62,854 nt of DNA from a virus, in IMG/VR virus record IMGVR_UViG_3300000062_000002, positions 1 to 62,854 of that record; one strand, written 5' to 3'. This document shows positions 1-8,689 of the stretch, in pieces; the first letter of the stretch is position 1; every line of letters begins with the position of its first letter. A program made the translations under genes and the position numbers. Below the pieces are notes generated by a model. That model was not told the DNA's origin. It worked only from the letters and a program-made list of their open reading frames with translations, and ran no database searches.

Positions 1-172
1 AACTGTAATAAATGTGATAAACTACGCAATTTATCAGGGTGAAGATAATGACAACGGCAGGATAGGGGCAGATAAGGGGCAGGATAACGGCAGGATAAGG
101 GCAGGCGTACAGAACAAGAATGAACAAGAATGCAATAAGAATGTAAAAGAAAAAGAACTTATTGTGCGTTTT
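1..172 (+). repeat. Copy B of a 213-bp duplicated segment of the replication-initiator gene. It continues from 62740..62854 across the circular junction and carries five 11-bp-phased GGCAG(G/A) iterons starting at 56, 67, 78, 89 and 100.
   Basis: 62740..62780 plus 1..172 aligns without gaps to 11307..11519. There are 5 mismatches (62747-62749, 106, 132). Confidence 0.9.
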
Positions 173-178
173 CGATGA
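1..178 (+). pseudogene. 3' part of a 72-codon wrap-around ORF (ATG 62740, TGA 176..178): a truncated internal fragment of the replication initiator
   Basis: It translates as MNKCEISKKTAGRETVINVINYAIYQGEDNDNGRIGADKGQDNGRIRAG.., nearly identical to the middle of ORF 11082..11807. Its stop overlaps the ATG at 175 (ATGA). Confidence 0.5.
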
Positions 179-429
179 AAAGAACGAAAGGAAAGGACTT
201 AACAATGCCAGAATTTAAAATCACAGGAACAACAGAAGAGATTGCAGATGTAGTTATTGCACTTGATGTAAGCGAGGTTATAGGGATTGAAACTGCTCAC
301 AAGTGCGGAGGGAATTGTCACAATTGCACTTGCAATGACCACACCTACAGTGCTACGTTTTTGAATCTAACCAAAAATGAGCTTGCTGCACTGAAAAGCT
401 ATTACGATATAATTCGGGGGTTAAACTGA
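175..429 (+). CDS. Hypothetical small Cys/His-rich protein (HKCGGNCHNCTCNDH)
   Basis: 84-aa ORF. An alternative start at ATG 205 has a better RBS (AAGGAAAGGA, 7-nt spacer). Its stop overlaps the next ATG (429). Confidence 0.6.
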   Translation: MKRTKGKDLTMPEFKITGTTEEIADVVIALDVSEVIGIETAHKCGGNCHNCTCNDHTYSATFLNLTKNELAALKSYYDIIRGLN

Positions 430-2432
430 TGAAATTAATATCTTTAGCCCTACATCAATTCAAGGGTATAGAATCATTCTCGCTGAAAGTTGACGGTAAC
501 AATGCCACTGTATACGGTCAAAACGGCACAGGAAAGACAACACTTGCAGACGCATATCTTTGGTTGCTTACAGGCAAGAACAGCGCAGGAGAAACGCTAG
601 ACCCATTTACAGTAAATGAAAAAGGGGAACGCAAGCATCAAGGGCAAGAGCCGACTGTAGAAGCCGTGTTTATAGCAGAGGACGGCGAACAAATTACCTT
701 CAAACGCTCGCTTGTTGAAAAATGGGTAAAAAAGACCGGGCATACCGACCGCAACTATACAGGAGATGAAAGCAAGTTCTGGATTGATGGAGTGCCAAAC
801 AAATCAGGCGATTATAACAGCTACATAGAGCGCACATTTGCCACTGAATCAGTTTTGCGGTTACTGACAAATACAGGATATTTCAATACCCAAATCAAAA
901 AAGATGACCGCCGAAAGCTTTTGTTTGAGACTTTTGGCGATATGGCTGACAGTGAAATACTGGCAGATACCGAAGAACTGACAGACCTTGCCGCAGAAAT
1001 AGGCAAAAAAAACGTAGTCGATTACCAGAAGATGATTAAAGAGCAATACACAACGACTTGCAAACAGATTGAACTTATACCGGTTAGGATTGACGAGGCC
1101 GCCAAGAACATTACAGAGGGCATAGACAGTGACAAAGCGCAGGCTGACATATCAACACTTAATGCTGAAATCGCAAATTTGAGAGAAAAACTCACAGATA
1201 CTAGCGATAATGCGGTAATTAGCCTAAAACGAGAGTTGCTAACCCTCCAGAGGGAAATTGAAACAAAAAACACCGAACGGAAGCGGGAAATAGCCGATAA
1301 TGTGAGCGAGCATGAAAGGTCATTTCAATCTGAAATCCGAGACCTAAAAAACCGTGTTGATAGCCTTTTACACACTGCAAAAACCAATGATGCTCATATA
1401 ATGAGGAGCGAGAACAGAATCAAAGAGCTTAATACCGAAATCGCCAACAAACGTAAATCATGGAATGACAAAAAAAGCGAATGGAATGCAAAAAACGCTG
1501 AAACTTTTAATCCTGATAGCACAAATTGCCCAACCTGCGGTCAAACATTTCCGGCTGACAAAATTGCAGAAATGCAATCCAACTGGAACGAGCAAAAAGC
1601 TGCAAACCTTTCTGAAATCAGCGCATATATGGAGCAGATACAGGCATATGGCAAAACCTTAGCAGCTGAACTTGAAGAATGCAATACCGCACTTGCAGCA
1701 CTCAAAGAACAGCAAAACGGCACTCGTGCAGTCTATGAGGAAGCGGTAAGTAATCTTAATCAAGCGCAGGCAAACTACAAGTCATATATAGTTGACCCTG
1801 CCAAAGAAGAGATTCATACAGTCCTTATAAACAATTTGCAGATGCAGATAGCTAATATCGAATCAAAAATAAACACAGCTAATCAGGACACGCACCCCGA
1901 AAAAGATTCAATACTGCAAAAAATATCCGAGAGAGAAGCGCATATATCAGAATTACAGGCGGACATTGCAAAAGCCAACCTTTCGAAAGAATCACAAAAT
2001 CGTATAGATGAATACGAAGCTGAACAAAAAAGACTTGGTACTATCAGAGACCATGCAGAAAAAATGCTATATTTGTGCGACAGGTTTACCCGCATTAAAA
2101 GCGAAAAGATAACAGGCAACATTAACAAGCATTTCCAGATAGTTGAATTTTCACTCTTTGAGATTTTGAAAAACGGCGGCATGAAACAAGCTTGCGAAAC
2201 AACTATTGATGGTGTGGAATATTCGCAGCTGAACAAAGCAAGGCAAGTGGCCGGCAGTGTTGACATTATCAAAACATTTGCCAAAGCGCTTAATGTGTCA
2301 TTCCCTTTGTTTATAGATAATTCGGAATCAGTCTTGACCTTGTACGGAGTGGACACGCAGGACATACAAATCATTCGGCTTGCAGTTAGTGAGCATGATA
2401 AGGAATTGAGAGTGGAGAGGGAATTGATATGA
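429..2432 (+). CDS. SbcC/Rad50/RecN-like SMC-type ATPase with coiled coil and CxxC hook
   Basis: N-terminal Walker A GQNGTGKTT. A long heptad-rich middle contains CPTC (1527..1538). The C-terminus has a hydrophobic-Asp Walker-B-like motif (PLFIDNSES). Confidence 0.75.
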   Translation: MKLISLALHQFKGIESFSLKVDGNNATVYGQNGTGKTTLADAYLWLLTGKNSAGETLDPFTVNEKGERKHQGQEPTVEAVFIAEDGEQITFKRSLVEKWVKKTGHTDRNYTGDESKFWIDGVPNKSGDYNSYIERTFATESVLRLLTNTGYFNTQIKKDDRRKLLFETFGDMADSEILADTEELTDLAAEIGKKNVVDYQKMIKEQYTTTCKQIELIPVRIDEAAKNITEGIDSDKAQADISTLNAEIANLREKLTDTSDNAVISLKRELLTLQREIETKNTERKREIADNVSEHERSFQSEIRDLKNRVDSLLHTAKTNDAHIMRSENRIKELNTEIANKRKSWNDKKSEWNAKNAETFNPDSTNCPTCGQTFPADKIAEMQSNWNEQKAANLSEISAYMEQIQAYGKTLAAELEECNTALAALKEQQNGTRAVYEEAVSNLNQAQANYKSYIVDPAKEEIHTVLINNLQMQIANIESKINTANQDTHPEKDSILQKISEREAHISELQADIAKANLSKESQNRIDEYEAEQKRLGTIRDHAEKMLYLCDRFTRIKSEKITGNINKHFQIVEFSLFEILKNGGMKQACETTIDGVEYSQLNKARQVAGSVDIIKTFAKALNVSFPLFIDNSESVLTLYGVDTQDIQIIRLAVSEHDKELRVERELI

Positions 2433-2722
2433 TGGAACCCAACATTGAAGTATTCGGGAAGAGTGTAAGAGCGTTTCGTGAACAAGCTCGAATGACAAAG
2501 GCAGAATTAGCAAAAAAGGTTGGACTTACTAGTACAAGTATCAGTTCATATGAAAAAGGAGCAAAAAAGCCGACACTAGAATCAGCGTTATCTATTGCCG
2601 CTGCTTTCGGTACGACCGTTGACGAAATGTGCAAAAAGGAAGTTTGCCTCGATATATTCAGCAAAAGCCTTGATATGTCTATCAGCAAACAGGATAAGGA
2701 ATTGAGGGTGGAAATGGTATGA
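2429..2722 (+). CDS. XRE-family helix-turn-helix protein
   Basis: AFREQARMTKAELAKKVGLTSTSISSYEKGAKKPTLESALSIAAAFG fits the XRE HTH pattern. Overlapping starts and stops on both sides. Confidence 0.8.
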   Translation: MMEPNIEVFGKSVRAFREQARMTKAELAKKVGLTSTSISSYEKGAKKPTLESALSIAAAFGTTVDEMCKKEVCLDIFSKSLDMSISKQDKELRVEMV

Positions 2723-3609
2723 ATGCAAAAAATATAGCAAAATCGCTCAACGCAAAACTTAACGATTGGCTGAAAAACATAGATAATGAGGAGATTCAAA
2801 AGGTAATCAAAGAAAATGCTATTGTCACTGGCGGAGCACTTGTTTCTCTACTAAATGGAGAATCGCCTAACGACTACGACATATATTTTAAGGATTTTGA
2901 TTCTTGTCTTTCTGTTGCAAAATATTACGCTGGTGAATGGAATAAAGCACACCCTGATAAATCACAAGTACAGATTACAGTTGATGAAAAAACCAAGCGC
3001 ATAACAGCTTTCATTTCCAGTGACGGAATTGTCACCGAAGACGAAGAAAACGGCATTGATAATGAAACAGAGCCAGAAGACATTGAACCTGATGTTGCTG
3101 AACCCGAAGATGAACAGTCTAAAGATAATGCTAAATACAGACCATGTTATTTTTCTACAAATGCTATTTCTCTTTCTGATGACATTCAGTTAATCATAAG
3201 GTTTTACGGTTCTGTTGATGAAATTCACACAAATTATGATTTTGTGCATTGCACATGTTCTTATGACTTTAAGGGAAACAAAGTTAATCTGCCTGCGAAA
3301 GCACTAGAAGCAATCATTAACAAAGAACTTTTTTATTGTGGCAGCAAGTACCCGCTTTGCTCTATTATTCGCTCCCGCAAGTTTATCTCTCGGGGTTGGC
3401 ACATTAATGCAGGGCAATATCTAAAGATGTGCTTGCAGTTGAATGAAATTGACTTGAAAGACCTAAAAGTATTTTCAGACCAGTTGGCAGGAGTAGACAG
3501 TCTTTACTTTTCGCAAGCAATTTCAGAGATACAGCAAAAACAAGGAAAAGAACCAGAGTTTAATGTTGACAATTCATATCTATTTGAAGTTATTAACAGA
3601 ATATTTTAG
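2719..3609 (+). CDS. Hypothetical protein, possibly a Pol-beta-type nucleotidyltransferase fold, with an acidic insert
   Basis: VTGGALVSLLNGESPNDYDIYF resembles the GG..DxD minimal NTase signature. Acidic low-complexity stretch EDEENGIDNETEPEDIEPDVAEPEDE. Confidence 0.55.
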   Translation: MNAKNIAKSLNAKLNDWLKNIDNEEIQKVIKENAIVTGGALVSLLNGESPNDYDIYFKDFDSCLSVAKYYAGEWNKAHPDKSQVQITVDEKTKRITAFISSDGIVTEDEENGIDNETEPEDIEPDVAEPEDEQSKDNAKYRPCYFSTNAISLSDDIQLIIRFYGSVDEIHTNYDFVHCTCSYDFKGNKVNLPAKALEAIINKELFYCGSKYPLCSIIRSRKFISRGWHINAGQYLKMCLQLNEIDLKDLKVFSDQLAGVDSLYFSQAISEIQQKQGKEPEFNVDNSYLFEVINRIF

Positions 3610-3624
3610 GAGGGAAATAATATA

Positions 3625-4647
3625 ATGCCTGAAAAGCCAACAGTACCAGAAACAAACCAGTCACTTAAAACAACAAAAAAAGCAGAAATAGCACCGTCTG
3701 AACGCTTTGCAAAGCTAGTCATAAGAGAGTATGAGAGTATGGTAAGTGTAGGCTCACAGATGACCGAAACACAGCGGCGATTAGTGAAAAACTACTTTAT
3801 AGCCACTGACAGAGTATTACAGGGTGCAGAACAGCGGCGCTTAGCTAAGTCCGAAAATTACAGAGATGTTTTGCCTGTGACATGGCAAAACGTAGATATG
3901 ACCGCTTTTGCGTTGGACTGTGTACATTATTCCAGACTAGGACTTGACCCGCTCCAAAAGAATCATTTGCATATTATCCCATACAAAAACAACAAGACAA
4001 AAAAGTATGATATGACCTTGATGGAGGGTTACGAGGGCAAAGAATTAAAGGCAAAAAAATACGCTCTCGATATTCCGAAAGCGATTGACTGCGAACTTGT
4101 ATACAGCAATGACACTTTTACACTCCTTAAAAAAGGCGCAACAAACAAAGTAGAATCATACGAATTTGAAATCAATGACCCATTTGACCGTGGAAAAATA
4201 AAAGGCGGGTTTGGATATATCCAGTACGACCAGCCTGAAAAAAACCGTGTTATCGTTTTGTCTATGAAGGATATTTTGAAACGCAAAAACTCTGGTGCAG
4301 GTAATGTTGAGTTTTGGGGCGGTGAAAAGGACAAATGGGAAAACGGCAAAAAGACTGGCAAGGTTGCAGTCGAGGGATGGCAAGACGAAATGATGCTCAA
4401 GACCGTCAAGCGACATGTATTCGGTCAGATAGCCATTGACCCCTCAAAGATTGATGATACCTACAACTACACAGAAAAACGTGAGATTGAATATGCACAG
4501 GCTTTTGCACAGGATGAAATCGACCAGAAAGCAAACAATGGCGTAATGATTGATGCAGATTTTGCAGAGGTTGAGGACACCCGACAACTACCACAGGCTG
4601 ACGAAAATGGGGAAGTGGTTGAGGATTTGGAAAGCGCAGGTTTTTGA
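3625..4647 (+). CDS. recT: RecT-family single-strand annealing protein
   Basis: 340 aa. Core GFGYIQYD..VIVLSMKDILKRK..WQDEMMLKTVKRHVF is RecT-like and the C-terminal tail is acidic. GGAGGG RBS. Confidence 0.7.
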   Translation: MPEKPTVPETNQSLKTTKKAEIAPSERFAKLVIREYESMVSVGSQMTETQRRLVKNYFIATDRVLQGAEQRRLAKSENYRDVLPVTWQNVDMTAFALDCVHYSRLGLDPLQKNHLHIIPYKNNKTKKYDMTLMEGYEGKELKAKKYALDIPKAIDCELVYSNDTFTLLKKGATNKVESYEFEINDPFDRGKIKGGFGYIQYDQPEKNRVIVLSMKDILKRKNSGAGNVEFWGGEKDKWENGKKTGKVAVEGWQDEMMLKTVKRHVFGQIAIDPSKIDDTYNYTEKREIEYAQAFAQDEIDQKANNGVMIDADFAEVEDTRQLPQADENGEVVEDLESAGF

Positions 4648-5351
4648 TTATGGGTTTCAAATGTCTACAGTCGGGAAGTTCGGGAAACTGTTTCACTCTC
4701 TTTGATGAACAAACCCGCATTTTGATTGAGTGTGGCATACCATACAAGAAACTACTACAAGGAATTGGTTTTAATTTAAGTCAGTACGAAGGCTGTATTC
4801 TGACCCATGAACACGCAGACCACAGCCACACAGTAAAGGACATAATGAAAGCCGGGATAAACTGCTATATGAGCCACGGAACAGCACAGGCACTTGACAT
4901 TTCAGGTTACAGAGTGAAAACCATAGAAGCCTTAAAGCCGTTCAATATAGGTACATACAAGGTCATGGCCTTTGATGTAAATCATGATGCAGCACAGCCA
5001 TTCGGATATGTAATAAAATCAACCGTCACGAAAGAATCGCTTGTATTCATCACCGACAGCTATTATGTATCAAACCAGTTCAAGAATGTTGATTATTTTG
5101 CAATAGAATCAAACTATATCACGGAACATTTTATGCAAAGCAGCACAGCACCCGAACTAAAGAAAAGGCTTTTTACAAGCCACATGAGTTTAGAAAACAG
5201 TATTAAATTCTTGCAAGCGCAGGATTTAAGCAAGTGCAAAAAGATATACCTGACACACATTTCCAAAACAAACGGAGATGGTGAAATAATGCGCAGGGAA
5301 GTAATGAAAGCCACAGGCAAAGAAACAATAATATGCGGAAAGGAAGATTGA
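4644..5351 (+). CDS. Metallo-beta-lactamase-fold hydrolase, likely the nuclease partner of RecT
   Basis: HxHxDH motif (THEHADHS). Overlaps the recT stop (ATGA-type coupling). Confidence 0.8.
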   Translation: MIMGFKCLQSGSSGNCFTLFDEQTRILIECGIPYKKLLQGIGFNLSQYEGCILTHEHADHSHTVKDIMKAGINCYMSHGTAQALDISGYRVKTIEALKPFNIGTYKVMAFDVNHDAAQPFGYVIKSTVTKESLVFITDSYYVSNQFKNVDYFAIESNYITEHFMQSSTAPELKKRLFTSHMSLENSIKFLQAQDLSKCKKIYLTHISKTNGDGEIMRREVMKATGKETIICGKED

Positions 5352-5353
5352 CA

Positions 5354-5728
5354 GTGAACAAAGATGATACCAAAAAGAGCTTTTTAGAGTTATGCAAGGG
5401 GGCGATGTTGGAACGGTTTGACTATGAAATGGAAAAAGTCATTGATAACATTCTTGACCCGAACACACCCGCCAAAAAACCACGCAGCATTACACTTACG
5501 CTAACCCTTAAATCGGATGAAGAGCGCAGACAGTTATTCCATGAAACAATTGTCAAACCAAAACTGCAACCTACAAATCCGATTGCTGGCTCTGTAGCCA
5601 TTGTACCAGACCATAACGGCGAACTGACAGTTGTTGAAATGGTGCCACAGATACCCGGCCAAATGAATGTGAACGGTAATGAGCAAGACGAGCCTACAGT
5701 TATTCATTTGTTCCGTAAACAAGCGTAG
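5354..5728 (+). CDS. Hypothetical protein
   Basis: The ORF track starts at 5333. GTG 5354 follows AAAGGAAG with a 7-nt spacer, just after the MBL gene stop. Confidence 0.5.
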   Translation: MNKDDTKKSFLELCKGAMLERFDYEMEKVIDNILDPNTPAKKPRSITLTLTLKSDEERRQLFHETIVKPKLQPTNPIAGSVAIVPDHNGELTVVEMVPQIPGQMNVNGNEQDEPTVIHLFRKQA

Positions 5729-5761
5729 TAAACAAATAATGTATAAGAAAGGTCAATCAAT

Positions 5762-6490
5762 ATGCTTAAAGAATTTGTTGAAAAACTCACATCACTTGCT
5801 ACACCTCAGACTTATGAAATCAACGGAGATACATATGCCACTGTACCTATAAACCGCATAGCTCCTCATGTTGACCGCTTGAAAAGTATTGAATTTTCAT
5901 CCCTCGATGGCATCGTTCAGGCAATCAAAACTGAAATATCCAGAGATGAAATAGGAAAGCCATTATTTGTAAGCATTGCTTCACACATTAAAGTTGAAGT
6001 GTTTACCACTTACCGAAAAGACAATATGGCACGAGATATGCTCTATTTCGCAAGACCCGATTTGCCTATTGCATTTAACATGTGGAGCGACCATGACGAT
6101 GCAATCATAATGTTGCGTAGTCAATTTGTGCCGAATGCAGGAACAGAGTATTTGCTTGACTTGCTGTCTCGCATTTCCAACGAGGATTCGGTCACCAGTG
6201 ATGACAATGGTGTTACACAGAAAGTCACAGCATCAACAGGCATAGCAATGAAAAAGACTGAAAATATAAATGGACGTGTTGTCTTAGCTCCATTCCGCAC
6301 ATTCTTTGAAGTGGATCAACCTGAAAGCGAATTTATTTTGCGTATCAAGCAGGGTGAAACTCCAAAAATCGGCATTATTGAAGCTGATGGCGGGGCATGG
6401 AAATTGAAAGCTAAGCATAACATTGCTGATTATTTCCGTGAAAATCTCAAAGACCTTATTTCCGAAAAACTGGTGGTTGTGGCGGAATGA
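5762..6490 (+). CDS. Hypothetical phage protein
   Basis: 242-aa ORF in the co-directional early operon. I recognise no motif. Confidence 0.6.
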   Translation: MLKEFVEKLTSLATPQTYEINGDTYATVPINRIAPHVDRLKSIEFSSLDGIVQAIKTEISRDEIGKPLFVSIASHIKVEVFTTYRKDNMARDMLYFARPDLPIAFNMWSDHDDAIIMLRSQFVPNAGTEYLLDLLSRISNEDSVTSDDNGVTQKVTASTGIAMKKTENINGRVVLAPFRTFFEVDQPESEFILRIKQGETPKIGIIEADGGAWKLKAKHNIADYFRENLKDLISEKLVVVAE

Positions 6491-6611
6491 ATAATCCGCC
6501 CTCCCCTTAGGGGGAAAACCCACAAAAACAAAGGACTGATTATTTATTTCAAAACAGAACGCAATTGTGTTATATACGCTGATGTTCATTAGCAGCATAT
6601 GGGGTGGCAGA

Positions 6612-7181
6612 ATGCTATCGGATATTGATGACCTTGCCGCCGAAACAAAACTATTATCTAATAACATAACCGCCTTACAAGCACAGCAGGACACGCTACA
6701 GGACAAGTTGCACGAGCAAATCACAGAACTGCAAGACAGAATGACCGAATTAGAACTGGAACAAGAAAATATAGTCACTTGGAGTGTTGACCCTAACATT
6801 GACCTATCCGCTGATTTACAGATACATATGCAGCAACTTTGCAAATCATATGATGTGCCATATACCATAATGTTGGCAATCGCTGAACATGAAAGCGGGT
6901 TTCAGGTAAATGCAATCGGCTACAACACAAACGGCACATATGACATTGGATTGTTTCAAATAAACAGTGTAAATCACGATTGGCTTATGAATGATTACGG
7001 CTTAGATGTCACAAACCCCAAAGAAAACATTGAATCCGCTGCTGTAATGCTTGCTATGTTTTTAGACCGGCACGACATTGAAACCGCTATTGCATGTTAT
7101 GCGGCCGGGGAATATGGGGCAACCAAACTTGGGCGGGGCAAATGGTTTGCAGAAACGATATTGAGGGAGGAAACAACATGA
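6612..7181 (+). CDS. SLT-domain lytic transglycosylase with N-terminal coiled coil
   Basis: AIAEHESGF (catalytic Glu-Ser), GLFQIN and CYAAGEYG motifs. The start is uncertain (6567, 6582 or 6612). Confidence 0.75.
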   Translation: MLSDIDDLAAETKLLSNNITALQAQQDTLQDKLHEQITELQDRMTELELEQENIVTWSVDPNIDLSADLQIHMQQLCKSYDVPYTIMLAIAEHESGFQVNAIGYNTNGTYDIGLFQINSVNHDWLMNDYGLDVTNPKENIESAAVMLAMFLDRHDIETAIACYAAGEYGATKLGRGKWFAETILREETT

Positions 7182-7828
7182 CCGATTTGGTATTTCTCGA
7201 ACCAAACAAGATTGATTCCGAACCGTTTACTACAAGTGACATTATTGCAGGACATGCAGATATCAATTATCGTTCAGTTCAGCGTACAATAGAAAATCAA
7301 ATCGAACGATTGGAACGGTTTGGAGTAATGCGATTTGAAATCACATTACCAGAAAAAGGAAGCAAAGGTGGTCGTCCTAAAAAAGTTTATAAATTGAACG
7401 AACAACAAGCAACTTTGCTGATTACTTTTTTGAAAAACAATGACAAGGTTGCAGAATTCAAAGTTGAACTTGTCCGTCAGTTCTTTGCTATGCGTTCTGA
7501 ACTAAACCGCCGACACATAGAACGAGCGCAACTCAAACCTATAAGGCGGGAAATGACTGATGTTATTCAACAGGTTACAGACAGCAAATGGGCATACAAA
7601 CTCTACACTGACCTGTCATATAAACTTGCCGTTGGCAAAATAGCTGCAAAACTGCGTGAAGAACGTGGTGCGCCTAAAAATGCGGTGGCCGCAGATTACA
7701 TGACTGCCAATGAAATACATGATGTTGCAGAGCTGCAATATCGAATTGCTGTATTGCTTGAAATGGGTATGGATTACACAACAGTAAAAGACACTTTAGC
7801 AAATCGGCTTTTGCTTAATGCCAGTTAA
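7178..7828 (+). CDS. Rha-family phage regulatory protein
   Basis: DLVFLEPNKIDSEPFTTSDIIAGHADINYRSVQRTIENQIERLERFG is a typical Rha N-terminus. GAGGGAGG RBS; ATG 7178 overlaps the upstream stop. Confidence 0.8.
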   Translation: MTDLVFLEPNKIDSEPFTTSDIIAGHADINYRSVQRTIENQIERLERFGVMRFEITLPEKGSKGGRPKKVYKLNEQQATLLITFLKNNDKVAEFKVELVRQFFAMRSELNRRHIERAQLKPIRREMTDVIQQVTDSKWAYKLYTDLSYKLAVGKIAAKLREERGAPKNAVAADYMTANEIHDVAELQYRIAVLLEMGMDYTTVKDTLANRLLLNAS

Positions 7829-7842
7829 GAGGAGGAAACAAC

Positions 7843-8016
7843 ATGAAACCAAATGAGTTAAACATTCCTTTTTCAGTGAAAGGACTTACAGAAAAAATAG
7901 AAATTGTAAATGCGGCTTTAGAAAATCTATTAAAAGCGGAGGAACTTCTCAACAAGGCTTCTCAAATTTCTGTAGATGTTTCTGTGGAAGATTCTCTTTC
8001 ACAGTCAGAATCTTAA
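7843..8016 (+). CDS. Hypothetical 57-aa protein (below the ORF-track cutoff)
   Basis: GAGGAGG RBS 5 nt upstream of ATG 7843, the same RBS context as the Rha gene. Its 3' end overlaps the convergent gene 7949.. by 68 nt. Confidence 0.45.
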   Translation: MKPNELNIPFSVKGLTEKIEIVNAALENLLKAEELLNKASQISVDVSVEDSLSQSES

Positions 8017-8629
8017 TTTTTCCAGTCATATATTGCAGGAACAAACCCAAATATAGTTTTAATTCTTCAAAATCAAAGGGTTCGTCAAGTTGCGGATAAT
8101 GTGTAGAAGTGTTTCCAAATTCTTTTACCATATATGCCGAAATAGCTTCATCAAGGCCGTCAAGATATTCCATTATACAATCTTGAAGAGATTTTCTTAA
8201 AAGCGATTTATCAGCAACAGCGGATTTGTATCTTATGGCATAATCCTTAACCAACGCTTCTACTGCATTGCGATAGCCACAGGCTGCAAGGTCAAAATTG
8301 CCGGAATGCTCTGTCTCTGCGGCTTGTCTATACAATTCAACAAAGCGGCTGGATAAATATTCAAGCTCTTCTGAAATTTCTGCAATACGCTCTTGTGGGT
8401 GCATATATAAAGTAAGCAATGAATCTTCTACTCTAACATATGCCCAAAAAAAGAATTTTCTGCATTCATTCATTGTACAACGATAGGTTGCTATCCAATA
8501 TCCTCTAGTTGCGTCACGAGGCAAACCACCATGTGCATCAATATATGTTCCGCAATGAGGACACCTATTAGGGTGTTCATAGGTGATATTAACTCCACCA
8601 CTTGAAATAAATCTTTTTGTATATTTCAA
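7949..8629 (-). CDS. Zinc-ribbon plus DUF4145-like domain protein
   Basis: CPHCGTY..YRCTMNECRKF zinc ribbon. The C-terminus (AACGYRNAVEALVKDYA..LQDCIMEYL..EFGNTSTHYP) resembles DUF4145. The ORF is open to 8782, but that extension is antisense to a good HTH gene. A TTG at 8629 follows AGGA with a 9-nt spacer. Start uncertain. Confidence 0.55.
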   Translation of the reverse strand: MKYTKRFISSGGVNITYEHPNRCPHCGTYIDAHGGLPRDATRGYWIATYRCTMNECRKFFFWAYVRVEDSLLTLYMHPQERIAEISEELEYLSSRFVELYRQAAETEHSGNFDLAACGYRNAVEALVKDYAIRYKSAVADKSLLRKSLQDCIMEYLDGLDEAISAYMVKEFGNTSTHYPQLDEPFDFEELKLYLGLFLQYMTGKIKILTVKENLPQKHLQKFEKPC

Positions 8630-8689
8630 AATTTCACGTCCTTTAAATATTATTTTGTCATCAAATCTCAACGTAAGGGGAAAGCCATA

